A stretch of DNA of 26,134 nucleotides from Octopus sinensis (Eukaryota): assembly GCF_006345805.1 (NCBI RefSeq), contig NW_021836038.1:1-26134 (forward strand), written 5' to 3'. Of this stretch, positions 9,681-20,573 are shown piece after piece (positions within the stretch are counted from its first letter, which is position 1; each line of letters begins with the position of its first letter). The notes under the pieces were generated by a model that had not been told where the DNA came from, searched no databases, and worked only from the letters and a program-made list of their open reading frames with translations. The position numbers were made by a program, and so were the translations under genes.

Positions 9681-9912
9681 ATACAGGGGGCCACCTGTTT
9701 ACTTGCCCAAACATGTGACTTTATGCCAATGTTAAGAATCACTATTTCAGTCTACAACACAAACATCTTACTCTTTGTGAATATTGTTATTACTTTTAGC
9801 TTAAAAGTGTAACTATTTCTAATCTAGTCGGGTACCTATCTAGGAATAAAACAAGTGTCTTTAAATAGAATATCATTTAGAATTAGGATAGAATTAAAAA
9901 TCAGAACGTAAC

Positions 9913-10035
9913 CTGTTTGAAAAATCTTCCTTGTAAATGTAAACTTCCAGCATTGAAATAAGCCAAAGCAAAGGTGCGATCCGTTTCTATGGCTTTGTAA
10001 TAGTCATGCAGAGCTGCTGCCAGAGAATTCATCAT
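9913..10035 (-). CDS. TTC6: TPR protein exon (TTC6-like), 123 nt, phase 0 to 0
   Basis: cttgcttttgtcag|MMNSLAAALHDYYKAIETDRTFALAYFNAGSLHLQGRFFKQ|gttacg. TPR pattern with AYFNAG, as recalled in TTC6. Confidence 0.92.
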
Positions 10036-11363
10036 CTGACAAAAGCAAGAAGTAGATGAGAATTTAGTAAAAACAGCTTTAGAAAAATGTTGGCAGTCAT
10101 AAGAATAATTGATCTTGTTGTGGTAATTACCAGGAATTTTCTACAAATTGCTTGAACATTATTTTCAGAATTTGAAAATGTTTTTAGTTTTATAAACAAT
10201 AATCCTAAATTCACAAACCCTTTCTTGTTTAGGTGATTTCATAGAGACTCAAAGATAATTATGATGATGATGATGATGTATTGATAGTTTCAGACGTTCA
10301 TTTTGCAATAACATTCTTTTCTCTCATTGCTGAGTCTAGAAGAATGGGAAGGACCTAAGACTCTTGCAAGCCCCTTAAGACTGGCAAAGTTGATGGCATT
10401 AATGTTCCGCTTAAAATGTTACAGATCAACACTTGCAGGAATGACACAAGAGGAAATTCCAGAGGGATAATATGGAGGGGGTGAAGGATTGGACATAGTG
10501 GTTTGTTGGGGTTGGATGCGCCAAAGGTGATGAGAGGTGGAAAGATGACTGTACTGGAGGGGTGTAAATGGTTTCAGGTTTGATCCTACATCATGCTGAT
10601 CTGAAAATGTTATTTAAGGGGAGAGAGTGTTTCCTTAGGTCTAAGAGTTAAAGAATATTTCCTTAGATATAAGGGTCACAGAGCATTTCATTAAATCTAG
10701 GTGCTGCTCTTTCTTGCATAAAACCTTCAAAATAATAAATAATCAGAATGAAAATCAATTTTTTGATCTCTGACAAAGGCTGGACATGGTCATATTGAAG
10801 ATGGGATAGAGCTGATTAAATTAATTTATGAACCTCAGCAAGATTTGAAAACAGAATGGAAAGGATCATAACTAAATGCTGTAGTGCATGTTGGCCGATG
10901 TTCAGATGTTTTAGCCAGTTCAACACCAAAAACAGGAACCCAAGAACTTTGCTGTTTTCAGAATTATTAAAGTTCTCATGGTTTCCAGGTTTAGCAAAGA
11001 CAGAAACACTTTTAAACTGATGAAAGCATTCATTAATTAAACATTTTTCAAGTAAGTAATTTTTTATTGCAAATTTAAAAAAAAAATCTCTATGGTAAAT
11101 CCAGGAGGAATGGTATTGCCTATTAATGAGATAATATAAAAAAGTTAGGTCTAGGCCAAGCAACAGTGTAGATTCTGCTTGAAAGACCAGGTGGTGGGGT
11201 TAAAGTGAGCCACAGGTTCTGTCCATCGAATGAGCTTCCACAGTTTTTTTTAAAAAATCATTTAATTTCACTGATAAGGCTTGGTTAATCTAAGTTTATG
11301 GTGGAAAACATTTCCCCAAATGTCAAAATTATTTTAAGCACCAAAAATAATCTGAATTCTTAC

Positions 11364-11503
11364 CTGATTAACAACACCTCGATTGTTATATAACTCTGCA
11401 GTAGGAGAGATCTGTAGGGCAAGAGTGAGGTCTTGAAAAGCTGGGTATTTGCTACCCATTTGTAAATTTAAGATTGCTCGAGCTTCATAAGCTGGTTGAT
11501 AAC
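11364..11503 (-). CDS. TTC6: TPR protein exon (TTC6-like), 140 nt, phase 1 to 0
   Basis: tttcttttattttgtag|(C)YQPAYEARAILNLQMGSKYPAFQDLTLALQISPTAELYNNRGVVNQ|gtaaga. Confidence 0.92.
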
Positions 11504-11528
11504 CTACAAAATAAAAGAAATGTATCTT

Positions 11529-11587
11529 AGATTAAAGAAGTAGTCATCAGTGTCTGATGACTGAGAGTCATATTTTCATTATTAAGA
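11529..11587. repeat. 59-nt direct repeat, copy A, containing a 9-bp inverted repeat
   Basis: Identical to 12135-12193; contains AGTCATCAG-TGT-CTGATGACT. Confidence 0.9.
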
Positions 11588-11639
11588 CAACGAACGAATG
11601 AGTGTAGAGACACGTATACAGTTGTCTGAAAAAAGCTTC

Positions 11640-12000
11640 CTAAGTCAGAAAAATGTCTGCATTCAATATAAGTAATAGACTAAGTTTTATTTTAATGCAA
11701 AATGATAAACTAAGAACTATGTGTTGGTCAAGCAAAATTATCAAATAGTTTGATGCAAGGTCAGATTTCTCTAAGCAGAAACTATGACGAAACAATTGTC
11801 AGACCAAAACAGCATAGCTGGAACCATTTTGCACAAAGAAAGCTAAATCAAGCCAAAACAGTGGTTTCTGATAATGTGCCAATGTCATTTGGAGTGTGGT
11901 GCTTACAAGACAAAATCCAACAAAGAATGCTGTTCTCATGTTTGTGTACAAAGAATGGATGTACACACCATTTTTTAAAGATTCTTGTTGTTTCGGGTAT
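11640..12000 (+). mobile_element. Possible very decayed piggyBac-like transposase C-terminus
   Basis: Fragments KMSAFNI, NHF, GVWCLQDKIQQRMLFSC and MYTPFFKD in different frames loosely recall the piggyBac Cys-rich tail (RCVVC...C...PCFKxYH). AAGGGTTAA at 12930-12938 looks like a piggyBac right end. Weak evidence. Confidence 0.25.
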
Positions 12001-12134
12001 GAATAATAATCGAATCTCAGATTGGCAAAGCTCAAACAGGCATTGGTAAATGCTTTGTTTGCTGATTTCTATAGATAGGAAGAGAAATTCCTACCTAATT
12101 CCAAGCCATTATATAGAATTATGTATTTATTTAC

Positions 12135-12193
12135 AGATTAAAGAAGTAGTCATCAGTGTCTGATGACTGAGAGTCATATTTTCATTATTAAGA
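12135..12193. repeat. 59-nt direct repeat, copy B
   Basis: Identical to 11529-11587 at an offset of 606 nt. Confidence 0.9.
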
Positions 12194-12697
12194 TAACAAA
12201 CGAACGAGTGTAAAACAGAAATGGAAGAAACATGGTGCAGTTGTACTGAATGTAATATAGAAATAATAAATGATTCAAGACCTTTGTTGTACAGGGTAAA
12301 AAAATGGCAAACTGTGAATGTTTTGAGAGAAATCTCTTTGCAAAACATTGTATTAAACATTACAAGCAGCATTTAATTGGAAAATAGCTGTGAACTTTTT
12401 CACAGAATTCAAGCCATATACCACTTGCAGCAGATCTACGGTATTATCAATTAAGGCATGGAGTGTTTATTAGTCCATCTTTTCAAATTAGATATTAAAA
12501 ATTATTTTTCTTCTTTTAATTGCACAATTCTACCTTTATAAGAAGATAAGTTATTTTATGGAAGTACATCATAGTGAGAGATTGTAAATTAGTTGCTTGT
12601 TTACAATAATTTGATGAATTCAATGATGAGTTAATTGCAGTTAATTAATCAGTATCATTGTCTGATGTTGAGAGAGAAACTGAGTACAAACACCATT

Positions 12698-12746
12698 TAC
12701 CTCTATAAGGTACTTATCACCTCAAGTACCTTCATCAGTCCAGGTA
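12698..12746 (-). other. Hammerhead-like remnant (core and stem II intact, GAAA half lost)
   Basis: Minus strand: TACCT-GGA-CTGATGA-A-GGTACTT(GAGGTGAT)AAGTACC-TTATAG-AGGTA. Confidence 0.35.
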
Positions 12747-13275
12747 TCTTCGAGTTTAAGTTTGGCTTCAGTTTCTTTATGAAATGCCTTTTCATAATTC
12801 AGAGATACTCAGAATGAGAGAAGGACACATTGGATAATGTAGTCCTAGATACATTATAACTGAATCCTAGATTTAAATGACCATGACTGAAATACTTCTG
12901 ATCCTAAGTCTGCTGGATCAGGACTAACCAAGGGTTAAACACAACACAAATGAAATCAATGAATCCAATTCTGACAATAATCTGGTTATAAATATAAATA
13001 TTTAAAATTATAATCAGTTAATCATCTAACAAGATAGTATTCGTGATAAACTATAATTATTCATGGACACAGCCTTCAGATTGGAATCAGCAACAGAGAA
13101 ACCAATATTATAATGTTTCTTTTAACATTCAACACCATTTCGTACATTCTTTACATTTGATAATGGTTTTCATTTCTAATTAGGAAGTTATAAAAAGTAT
13201 TTCAATAAAAATAGTTTAGTAAATAATTACTTAACATGGATTAATTAATATAGTGTTAATAAAATGATTAGTTAC

Positions 13276-13412
13276 ATGGATTAATTAATATAGCATTGGT
13301 AAATTGATGCCAAGCTAATTGGAAGTTACGTTCCACTTGTAGAAAAATGCCTAAAGACACATAGGCTAAACAATTGGTTGGATTTAGTTTGATGGCACGT
13401 TGGTAATCACAC
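13276..13412 (-). CDS. TTC6: TPR protein exon (TTC6-like), 137 nt, phase 2 to 1
   Basis: atcttttcag|(K)CDYQRAIKLNPTNCLAYVSLGIFLQVERNFQLAWHQFTNAILINP-T|gtaact. Resembles the recalled TTC6 stretch KDF.KALHINP...LQ..GKFQKAW.HFT.AI..DP. Confidence 0.92.
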
Positions 13413-13876
13413 CTGAAAAGATATTAAGAGGGATAGTTTAGTAAGAGATCGATTTTATTGATTCCAAAAGTTACAGTACAAAATTAGTTGTATTGTGAAG
13501 ATGAAAAACTGAAATAAAGATATTCAAATACTTCGAAGTTTTATAATTTAGAATGAAATCCACTTTTACAATACAAACATCTTATGTAAGGAGCTCAGAA
13601 TGCAATTGCATGGAAATAGTGGATGCATACACGTGTACATACTACATACGTATGTATGCAGGTATGTGTGGGAGGGGATTAACTGAATTCCACCTTAAAA
13701 GTACACAAAAAACATACCATCAATAAATATCAAAGGTTAGGACACCATTCATTACACTTTATGGATAACAGCATCGAAAAATCTTTGAAAAGTCAATCTG
13801 GGAACTTTTATATAGTCATGTGCAACCTACTAGAAATAACAGTTAACATCCCTTAATAAATATGAACGCAGGCATG

Positions 13877-14030
13877 TACCTTAGGCAGGTATCTTCTATA
13901 GCCTGAGGTTGATCTAAAACTTGGACAAGAATTTTGTAGATGAAAACTGGAAGCTAGTCACACACACACTCATACACACACACAAACATACGTGTGTGTG
14001 TGTGTGTACATGTATGTGTATGTATGTGCA
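13877..14030 (+). mobile_element. Decayed SINE 3' half followed by a (CA)n/(TG)n microsatellite
   Basis: ACCTTAGGCAGGTATCTTCTATAGCC...TTTTGTAGATGAAAACTGGAAGC resembles a recalled octopus SINE 3' region; CA then TG runs at 13959-14028. Confidence 0.45.
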
Positions 14031-14289
14031 TATATAAATGTTTCACTGCTGTGTATCAGTGAAGAGGACAAAACCAATGAAAAACTTTAAAAAAAAACCC
14101 AGAGCTTTAAAAGGAATGAAATCTCTTAAAATACACCAAGTTACAGAGAATTCTTTGAGCATCTCACTGCCAGAAATATAGTGAATCTGTGATGGTTTAC
14201 TGGAAACCTGGAACAACTACAACAACAACAGCCACCTCTGCTCTTACTGCGTTTGTTTACTTCTGTAATTCTCGACATAATTTGCCATC

Positions 14290-14450
14290 CATGTTGTCTG
14301 CTGGATGGTTCGACAGGATCCAAGTCCCAGGAACTGAATCCTACTTCAAGGTTTGCTTTAGAATTGTTTCTGTTGCTGGATGCCCTTCCTAACACCAACC
14401 ACTTTACAACGTACATTGGGCACTTTTCTTGGTGCCACAACATCAAGGCT
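14290..14450 (-). mobile_element. RTE-tail-related fragment (LINE 3' UTR or a SINE sharing it)
   Basis: GCTGGATGCCCTTCCTAACACCAACCAC at about 14376-14403 matches 19425-19452 and the reverse complement of 4187-4214. Confidence 0.7.
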
Positions 14451-14895
14451 TTTATCGACTGAGTGAGGCTGTATTAGAAGGGAGACAGCTTTATGCTAAG
14501 AGATGAGAGTGAGACGAGTTGGGGCCAGAGCAGAACCAATTTTTTGTTTTACTGTAGAACTACATGGCTACTCACATTATAGAACAGAGGGTAGGAGCGA
14601 CTGGGGTCGAGCTAAAAAGAGATGAAATAGTCATGAAGTGTCACAGTGGATCTTCAAGCTATGAGAAACATCCCACTGCCTTAAGAAAGGAAAGAACACA
14701 TTGAACAATATAGTCGAAGATGCATTATAGCTGAAATAAACTTCAAACAGGATGGTCAAGTTTGGAGAGCTTTTGTTGGATCACAGATGATCTACAGACA
14801 AATAACAACATCTATGTTCTCTGCTACTTCTATCACCCACTACCACTAACAACAACTCACCCCTATAACCATCAGCATAGGATAGAGAAAACAAA

Positions 14896-15282
14896 TCTCT
14901 CTATATATAAAGCTGAAGTTGTCTGTGTGTGGCAGGTTTGGTAGCCTTCAACGAACCTATCTCTTCCAAGACCCTGCAGCACAAGTTGACCAAAATTGAG
15001 AGTATGATAGAAGAAGGCTTGCTTTTCCTTCCGTAGAAGAAAAATTCAAATCGGACCATGTTAACACCAAAAATTATTTACATCAAAAAGGTGCTTTTTT
15101 TCTACGAAAATCCCTATATTTTACGATTTTTTACTGCTGTGTCGCCATTTTTTGGTGAATTTCAACCAGAAAAATGTTCACTTAAAGAGTAACAAGCTAC
15201 ATAATGCAAAATTTTTACTTTTAAAAAATTCCAGTTCTAAAGGGTCGAAACAAACCCGAGCAATGCCGGGCAATACTGCTAG
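14896..15282 (+). mobile_element. Non-autonomous Helitron, 387 bp
   Basis: Starts TC(TCTCTATATATAAAGCTG) right after an A (14895) and ends CTAG (15279-15282) right before a T. Subterminal hairpin CCCG-AGCAATGC-CGGG at 15255-15270, 8 nt before CTAG. No TSD or TIR. Confidence 0.85.
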
Positions 15283-15361
15283 TAATTGATAAAGATGAAT
15301 TATCTTCATAAATACCTGTTGATGAATGTCATCAGAAGAAAAGTAATTGAAAGAAACTTAC

Positions 15362-15496
15362 TTGGCCAATTGGTTGTTTTCGTCAGTTAGATAATCCATG
15401 TGAATGTTAGCTCGACTGATAAAGGCTTCTTGAAAGGTTGGTTGAAGAATAATACACCGAGTAAACACTTTCAGAGCAACATCTAACCTGTCCAGT
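15362..15496 (-). CDS. TTC6: TPR protein exon (TTC6-like), 135 nt, phase 2 to 2
   Basis: catgtttag|(R)LDRLDVALKVFTRCIILQPTFQEAFISRANIHMDYLTDENNQLA-AA|gtaagt. An alternative in-frame AG would start the exon at 15487. Resembles the recalled TTC6 stretch FLDAYVGRGNSYMEY. Confidence 0.9.
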
Positions 15497-16099
15497 CTAA
15501 ACATGATACAACAATTAAAAAGCTTCATTAAAAATTAATGCAATATATTTTAATTATTTAAATTATCAAACTAATTAAATCACACAAAAATCATGTTAAT
15601 AAACCCAGAACACATTAATTATTACATTGATTTTGGAGCTATTTCTTAAAAATACTGTTTCCCAAAGCATAATGAGAAGAGGCATCTCTGCGAGCTGGAC
15701 AGAGAGACAGTCCTACACAGCTCCTTTAATTATTGAAGTTTAAAGTTCAGTTATTAATACTGGAATTGTTATCACATCATAGAATATACTGCAATGCAAC
15801 AAGTTTCCATTATGAATGAAGAACTACAGCGGAAGTTATAGAAACTAAAATGAGTGATATGGCACTCTTTGAGAACTGGATAAGTTAAAGAGATTTGGCC
15901 AAACAAGTTCAGCCCAATATGGCCACCACTAATTAAAAGGACTTTAAATTTTTATTAACAGAAATTTTGTACTACTTGCCCATGACATACAAAGCTTTTG
16001 GATCTTACATTCAATGAAGGTTCATTGGTTCAACACCAGAATACCAGCACATGTGTGTGTGTGTGTGACATTGCTTATACTAATGCTGGTATAACACCC

Positions 16100-19000
16100 A
16101 TATCCAGAGGAGCTAGCAAAGGTAAGCTTAAATGATGGTGGATTAAATGCAAGGACAACTGCTATAACATGGCTGTTGGCCAATGCTCATTACAACCTTC
16201 TTTTCAGATGCTGAAAGCTGCAGTTCCCTCTCCCCATGTTACCTCCTGCTTCTCTTTACATTCTCTCAGAGTTGGTATGGTCAATGTAGGGACATTGAAA
16301 GGTAGGTTTGGTGAGATTGTTGAGATGCTTGAAAGGAGACATGTTGAGGTATGTTGCATCCAAGAAGTTTGGTGGAAGGAAGCTTCAGCCAGATTCCTTA
16401 CAGGCAAGAGGCATAGGCATAAACTCTTCTGGGACGGTGACTATAATGAGATAGGAGGCATTGGCATACTTCTAGCAGAGAAATGAGTAAGGCGACTGAG
16501 GTAGTCAGAGCATGTGACAGGGTACTTAAGCTTAGATTAGTTTTGCAATAATCATCTCTGCCTACGTTCCACAAGCGAACACGCCAAATGAACAAAAGGA
16601 CTGTTTCTATAACACTCTTTTGCAGGCTACATCAAAGACAAGTGATGTAGCCAGGTGTTTTCCATGGGGTGCATGGGGTCCATGGAACTGGTTCTTAAAA
16701 TGAGGAGGGAACAAGGGTATTGGAGTTTTGTGATGTAAATGACCTAATGATATGCAACACTGACTTCAGTAAACCAGCCAGTCCCTTGATAACCTATAAA
16801 TCAGGTGACCATGCTAGCCAGATCCACTACATTCTCACCAGAAAGTGGGATTCATGGTTGCTCATAAATGCAAAGTATTTCCCTGGTGAAAAATGTACCC
16901 CTCAGCATAGGTTACTCATTAGTGGCTTCAAACAGTAGGCACAAAGGATTCCAAGAAGCAAGCCAATTTGGAAAAGAAGGATCTGGAAGCTTAAGGATCT
17001 TTTGACTAGTCATAGATTTAGAGACATTCTAACTTGAGGAGAAGGAAGAATAGTTAGAGACTTGTAACACAGATATAACTGGAAGTTCTGATGAGAAATT
17101 TAGTGAGAAGTCACAGACCAAATCTGTGACTGGTGCAAAATCCCAACTAGGGTGACATGGTGATGGGAAAATGTAGTTGACAGGGCCATTAGAGCATAGG
17201 CTTGGAAGGACTGGAAGGGTAGCAGTAGCAAGGAGCTATATTAGACAGCTAGAAAGGAAGCTAGGAAGTTGGTATACTTAGCCAGAGGTGAGACAGAAAG
17301 GAAGAAATTTTCTAATGTTCTGCAGGGTGAGGACCAGCAGCTTGAAGTGTTTCAGTTTGCTAGGCAGTGTGCCAGGGCAAATTGTGATGTGGGAGAGAAG
17401 TGTGTTTGCAGGGATGATGGTTTACTTGCAGTGAGTGACTATGCAAAGAAAGAGGCTTGGAAGTGTCACTACGAAAGGCTGCTAAATGTAGAGAACCCAT
17501 AGAAGAAGGAGAGTCTGTCTAAAGTGGATCCAAAAGAGGGATCAGCAATCTGAATGGACAGTAGCATGGTAGAGACAAAGCCATGAAGGATATGAAGATG
17601 GGGAAAGCCCCTGGCCCATCAGGAACCACCGCAGAGATGCTTAAAATATCTGGCAAAGTGGGTTACAGTCTAGTCACCCATATAGTTAATCAGGTTGTAC
17701 ATGAAGGAGTCATACCCAATGACTGGTGAAGTAGCATCATAGTCAACTGCTACAAAGGCAAAGGCGATACCTTAGGCAGAAATAATTACAGAGGTATCAA
17801 AATGCTGGATCAGGGGATGAAAGTTATGGAGAGGGTCATAGCCCAACTAATTAGGGACAGGGTTAGTCTAGATGAGATGCAGTTTTGGTTTTGTGCCAGG
17901 CAGAAGCATCACTGATGCTATATTCCTGGTAAGGCAGCTGCAGGAGAAGTACCTAGCAAAAAATAAACCCCTGTACTTGGTTTTTGTTGATATGGAGAAG
18001 GCCTTCAACAGTATTTCCTGCTCCCTTATCTGGTGGTCAATGAGGAAACTAGGGATAGGTGAGTGGTTGGTGAGAGCTGTACAATCCATGTACAGGGATG
18101 CTGTCAGTAAGGTGAGGGTTGGCAACAAGTATAATGAAGAATTCAGCGTACAAGTAGGGGTTCACCAAGGATCAGTCCTCAGCTCCCTCTTGTTCATCAT
18201 AGTCCTCGAAGCAGTAATGGAGGAATTTAAAACTGGCTGCTCCTGGGAACTCCTCTATGCTTATGACCTTGTTCATATAGCTGATTCACTACCAGAACTT
18301 GAGAAGAAATTCCAGGTGTGGAAGCAAGGTCTAGAATCAAATGGCCACAGAGTTAATTTAGCAAAAACCAAAGTCTTAGTAAATAAGAAAGTGGACGAAG
18401 CCACAAACCCCTTCAGGTAGATGGCTCTGTTCCATATGTTGAAAAGTAGAAACTCCATAAGATGTTCCCAGTGTAAGCTATGGACACATAAGAGGTGCAG
18501 CAACATCAGAGGAAGGGTAACAGGGAAAATAGTTTTTGTGTATGGTAGATGCACAGGCACTCCATCAAATGCCAGTGATGGGGGGGGGGGGGGTGTACCT
18601 AGAAGTAGTTGATAGCTTACATTATCTAGGTGACCAAATCAGCAGTGGAGGTGGATGCTCTAAGAGTGTAACTCCTAGAATAACAATAAGCTGGGCAAAG
18701 TTTGGAGAGCTTCTACCCCTATTGGAAACATACATATATGTACATAAATACACATACATACATACATACATACATATACATACATACATATATATATACA
18801 TACATGTATAGCATGATCCGCTGGATGTGCAATGTCAGTGTGCATGAGTAACAGAGCGTGTCTTGAGAGAAAAACTGGGCATAAGAAGCATCAGATGTGG
18901 TGTGCAAGAGAGACGAATGCACTGGTATGGTCATGTGATGCGTATGGACGTGGACAGCTGTGTAAAGAAGTGCCAACCTCTAACTGTGGAGGGAATGTGT

Positions 19001-19294
19001 TAAAGAGGTAGACCAAGGAAGACATGGGATGAGGTGGTGAAGCAGGATCTTTGAATGTTGGACCTCAGGGAGCTGATGACAAATGACTGAATCCTACCAA
19101 GCCAAGCGAAATCACAGTCATGGCTCTTGCCAGTGTCCTGTAAATGGAACCTGTGCTGGTTGTACGTAAAATGCACCCATTACTCTCCTGGAATGGTCGG
19201 CATTAGGAAGGACGTCCAACTCTCCTGCTCACCAGTTCCAGTTAAATTGCCTAACCCATGCCAGCATGGAAAGTAGATGTTAAATGATGATGAT
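16100..19294 (+). mobile_element. Near-full-length, heavily decayed RTE LINE (APE endonuclease, RT, PHD finger, C-terminus, 3' UTR, (GAT)n tail)
   Basis: APE motifs LRVGMVNVGTL, CCIQEV, GIGILL, NTDF, QIHYIL and PQHRLL, with the GDFN segment deleted near 16645. RT FGFVPGRS, DMEKAF, QGSVLS and YAYD (YADD mutated). Many stops and frameshifts; a microsatellite replaces coding sequence at 18730-18809. The 5' boundary is approximate. Confidence 0.92.
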
Positions 19295-19302
19295 ATATAT
19301 GT

Positions 19303-20460
19303 ATCATCATCATCATCATCGTTTAGCGTCTGCTTTCCATGCTAGCATGGGTTGGACGGTTCAACTGGGGTCTGAGAAGCCAGAAGGCTGCACCAGGCCC
19401 AGTCTGATCTGGCAATGTTTCTACGGCTGGATGCCCTTCCTAACACCAACCACTCTGTGTCAGACGAGGCTGGCAAATGGCCACGATCGGATGGTGCTTT
19501 TTACGTGCCACCGGCACGAGGCCAGTCGGGGCGGGGCTGGCAATGGCCACGTTCGGGTGGTTCTCTTACGTACCACCGGCACTGGTATCACAGCTGCAAT
19601 TTCCATTAATGTTGATCAATTTCGATTTTCACTTGCCTCAACAGGTCTTCACAAGTAGAGTTTTGTGTCCCAAGAAAGAAAGGTATGCATAAGTGGACTG
19701 GCTACATCCCATATAGAGGCCACGGGTTATGGTCTCACTTGCCCTGCAGGGTCTTCTCACGCACAGCATACTTCCAAAGGTCTCAGTCTCTAGTCATTTC
19801 CTCGGTGAGACCTAGAGTTCGAAGGTTGTGCTTCACCACCTCGTCCCAGGTTTTCCTGGGTCTGCCTCTTCCACAGGTTTCCTCAACCGCTAGGGTGTGG
19901 CACTTCTTCACACAACTATCTTCATCCATTCTCGCCACATGACCATACCAGCACAACCGTCTCTCTTGCACACCACAACTGATGCTTCTTAGGTCCAGCT
20001 TTTCTCTCAAGGTACTTACACTCTGTCGAGTATGAACACTGACATTACGCATCCAACGGAGCATACTGGCTTCATTTCTTGCGAGCTTACGCATATCCTA
20101 AACAGTCATGGCCCATGTTTCACTGCCATGTAGCATGGCTGTTTGTACACATGAATCATACAGTCTGCCTTTAATCTGAGCGAGAGGCCTTTTGTCACCA
20201 GCAGAAGTAAGAGCTCTCTGAACTTTGCCCAAGCTATTCTTACTCTAGCACTTACACTTTCAGCACACACACACCCGCTACTGACTTGGTCACCTAGGTA
20301 ACAGAAGCTATCAATTATTTCTAGTTTTTCTCCCTGGAATGTGGCAGAAGTTGGTCTTAGAGCATTTTCAGTTTTTATTGCTACTGAACATCTGCCACAT
20401 ACAAAAACTATCTTCCTAGTTAGCACCTCATATGTGTCCATAGCTTACACTTGGTGCATC
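19303..20460 (-). mobile_element. 5'-truncated RTE LINE (partial PHD, C-terminus, 3' UTR, (GAT)n tail), tail-to-tail with the previous copy
   Basis: FVCGRC...DSFCYLGD...RIAWAKFRELL...NEASMLRWMRN...WYGHVARM...[12 protein letters not shown]; (ATC)n at 19303-19320 on the plus strand. Confidence 0.92.
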
Positions 20461-20573
20461 ATATATATATATATATATATGATGATGATGATGATGATGA
20501 TATATATGTATATATATATATATAATATATATATATATCAATATAATATAATATATATATATATAATATATAT
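20460..20573. repeat. (TA)n/(GAT)n compound microsatellite
   Basis: Seen directly; lies between the RTE and the CR1-type LINE. Confidence 0.95.

Noticed and set aside
11412-11455. Apparent mini-intron (GT...ccctacAG) inside the 11364-11503 exon
   Set aside because: The sequence reads through in frame as a TPR segment (QMGSKYPAFQDLTLALQ), and removing 44 nt would shift the frame.
11542-11575. CTGATGA in the 59-nt repeat as a hammerhead core
   Set aside because: No correctly placed GAAA, stem III or cleavage triplet on either strand.
18580-18593. G14 run in the RTE copy
   Set aside because: A homopolymer expansion or sequencing artefact in a dead element; no supporting structure.
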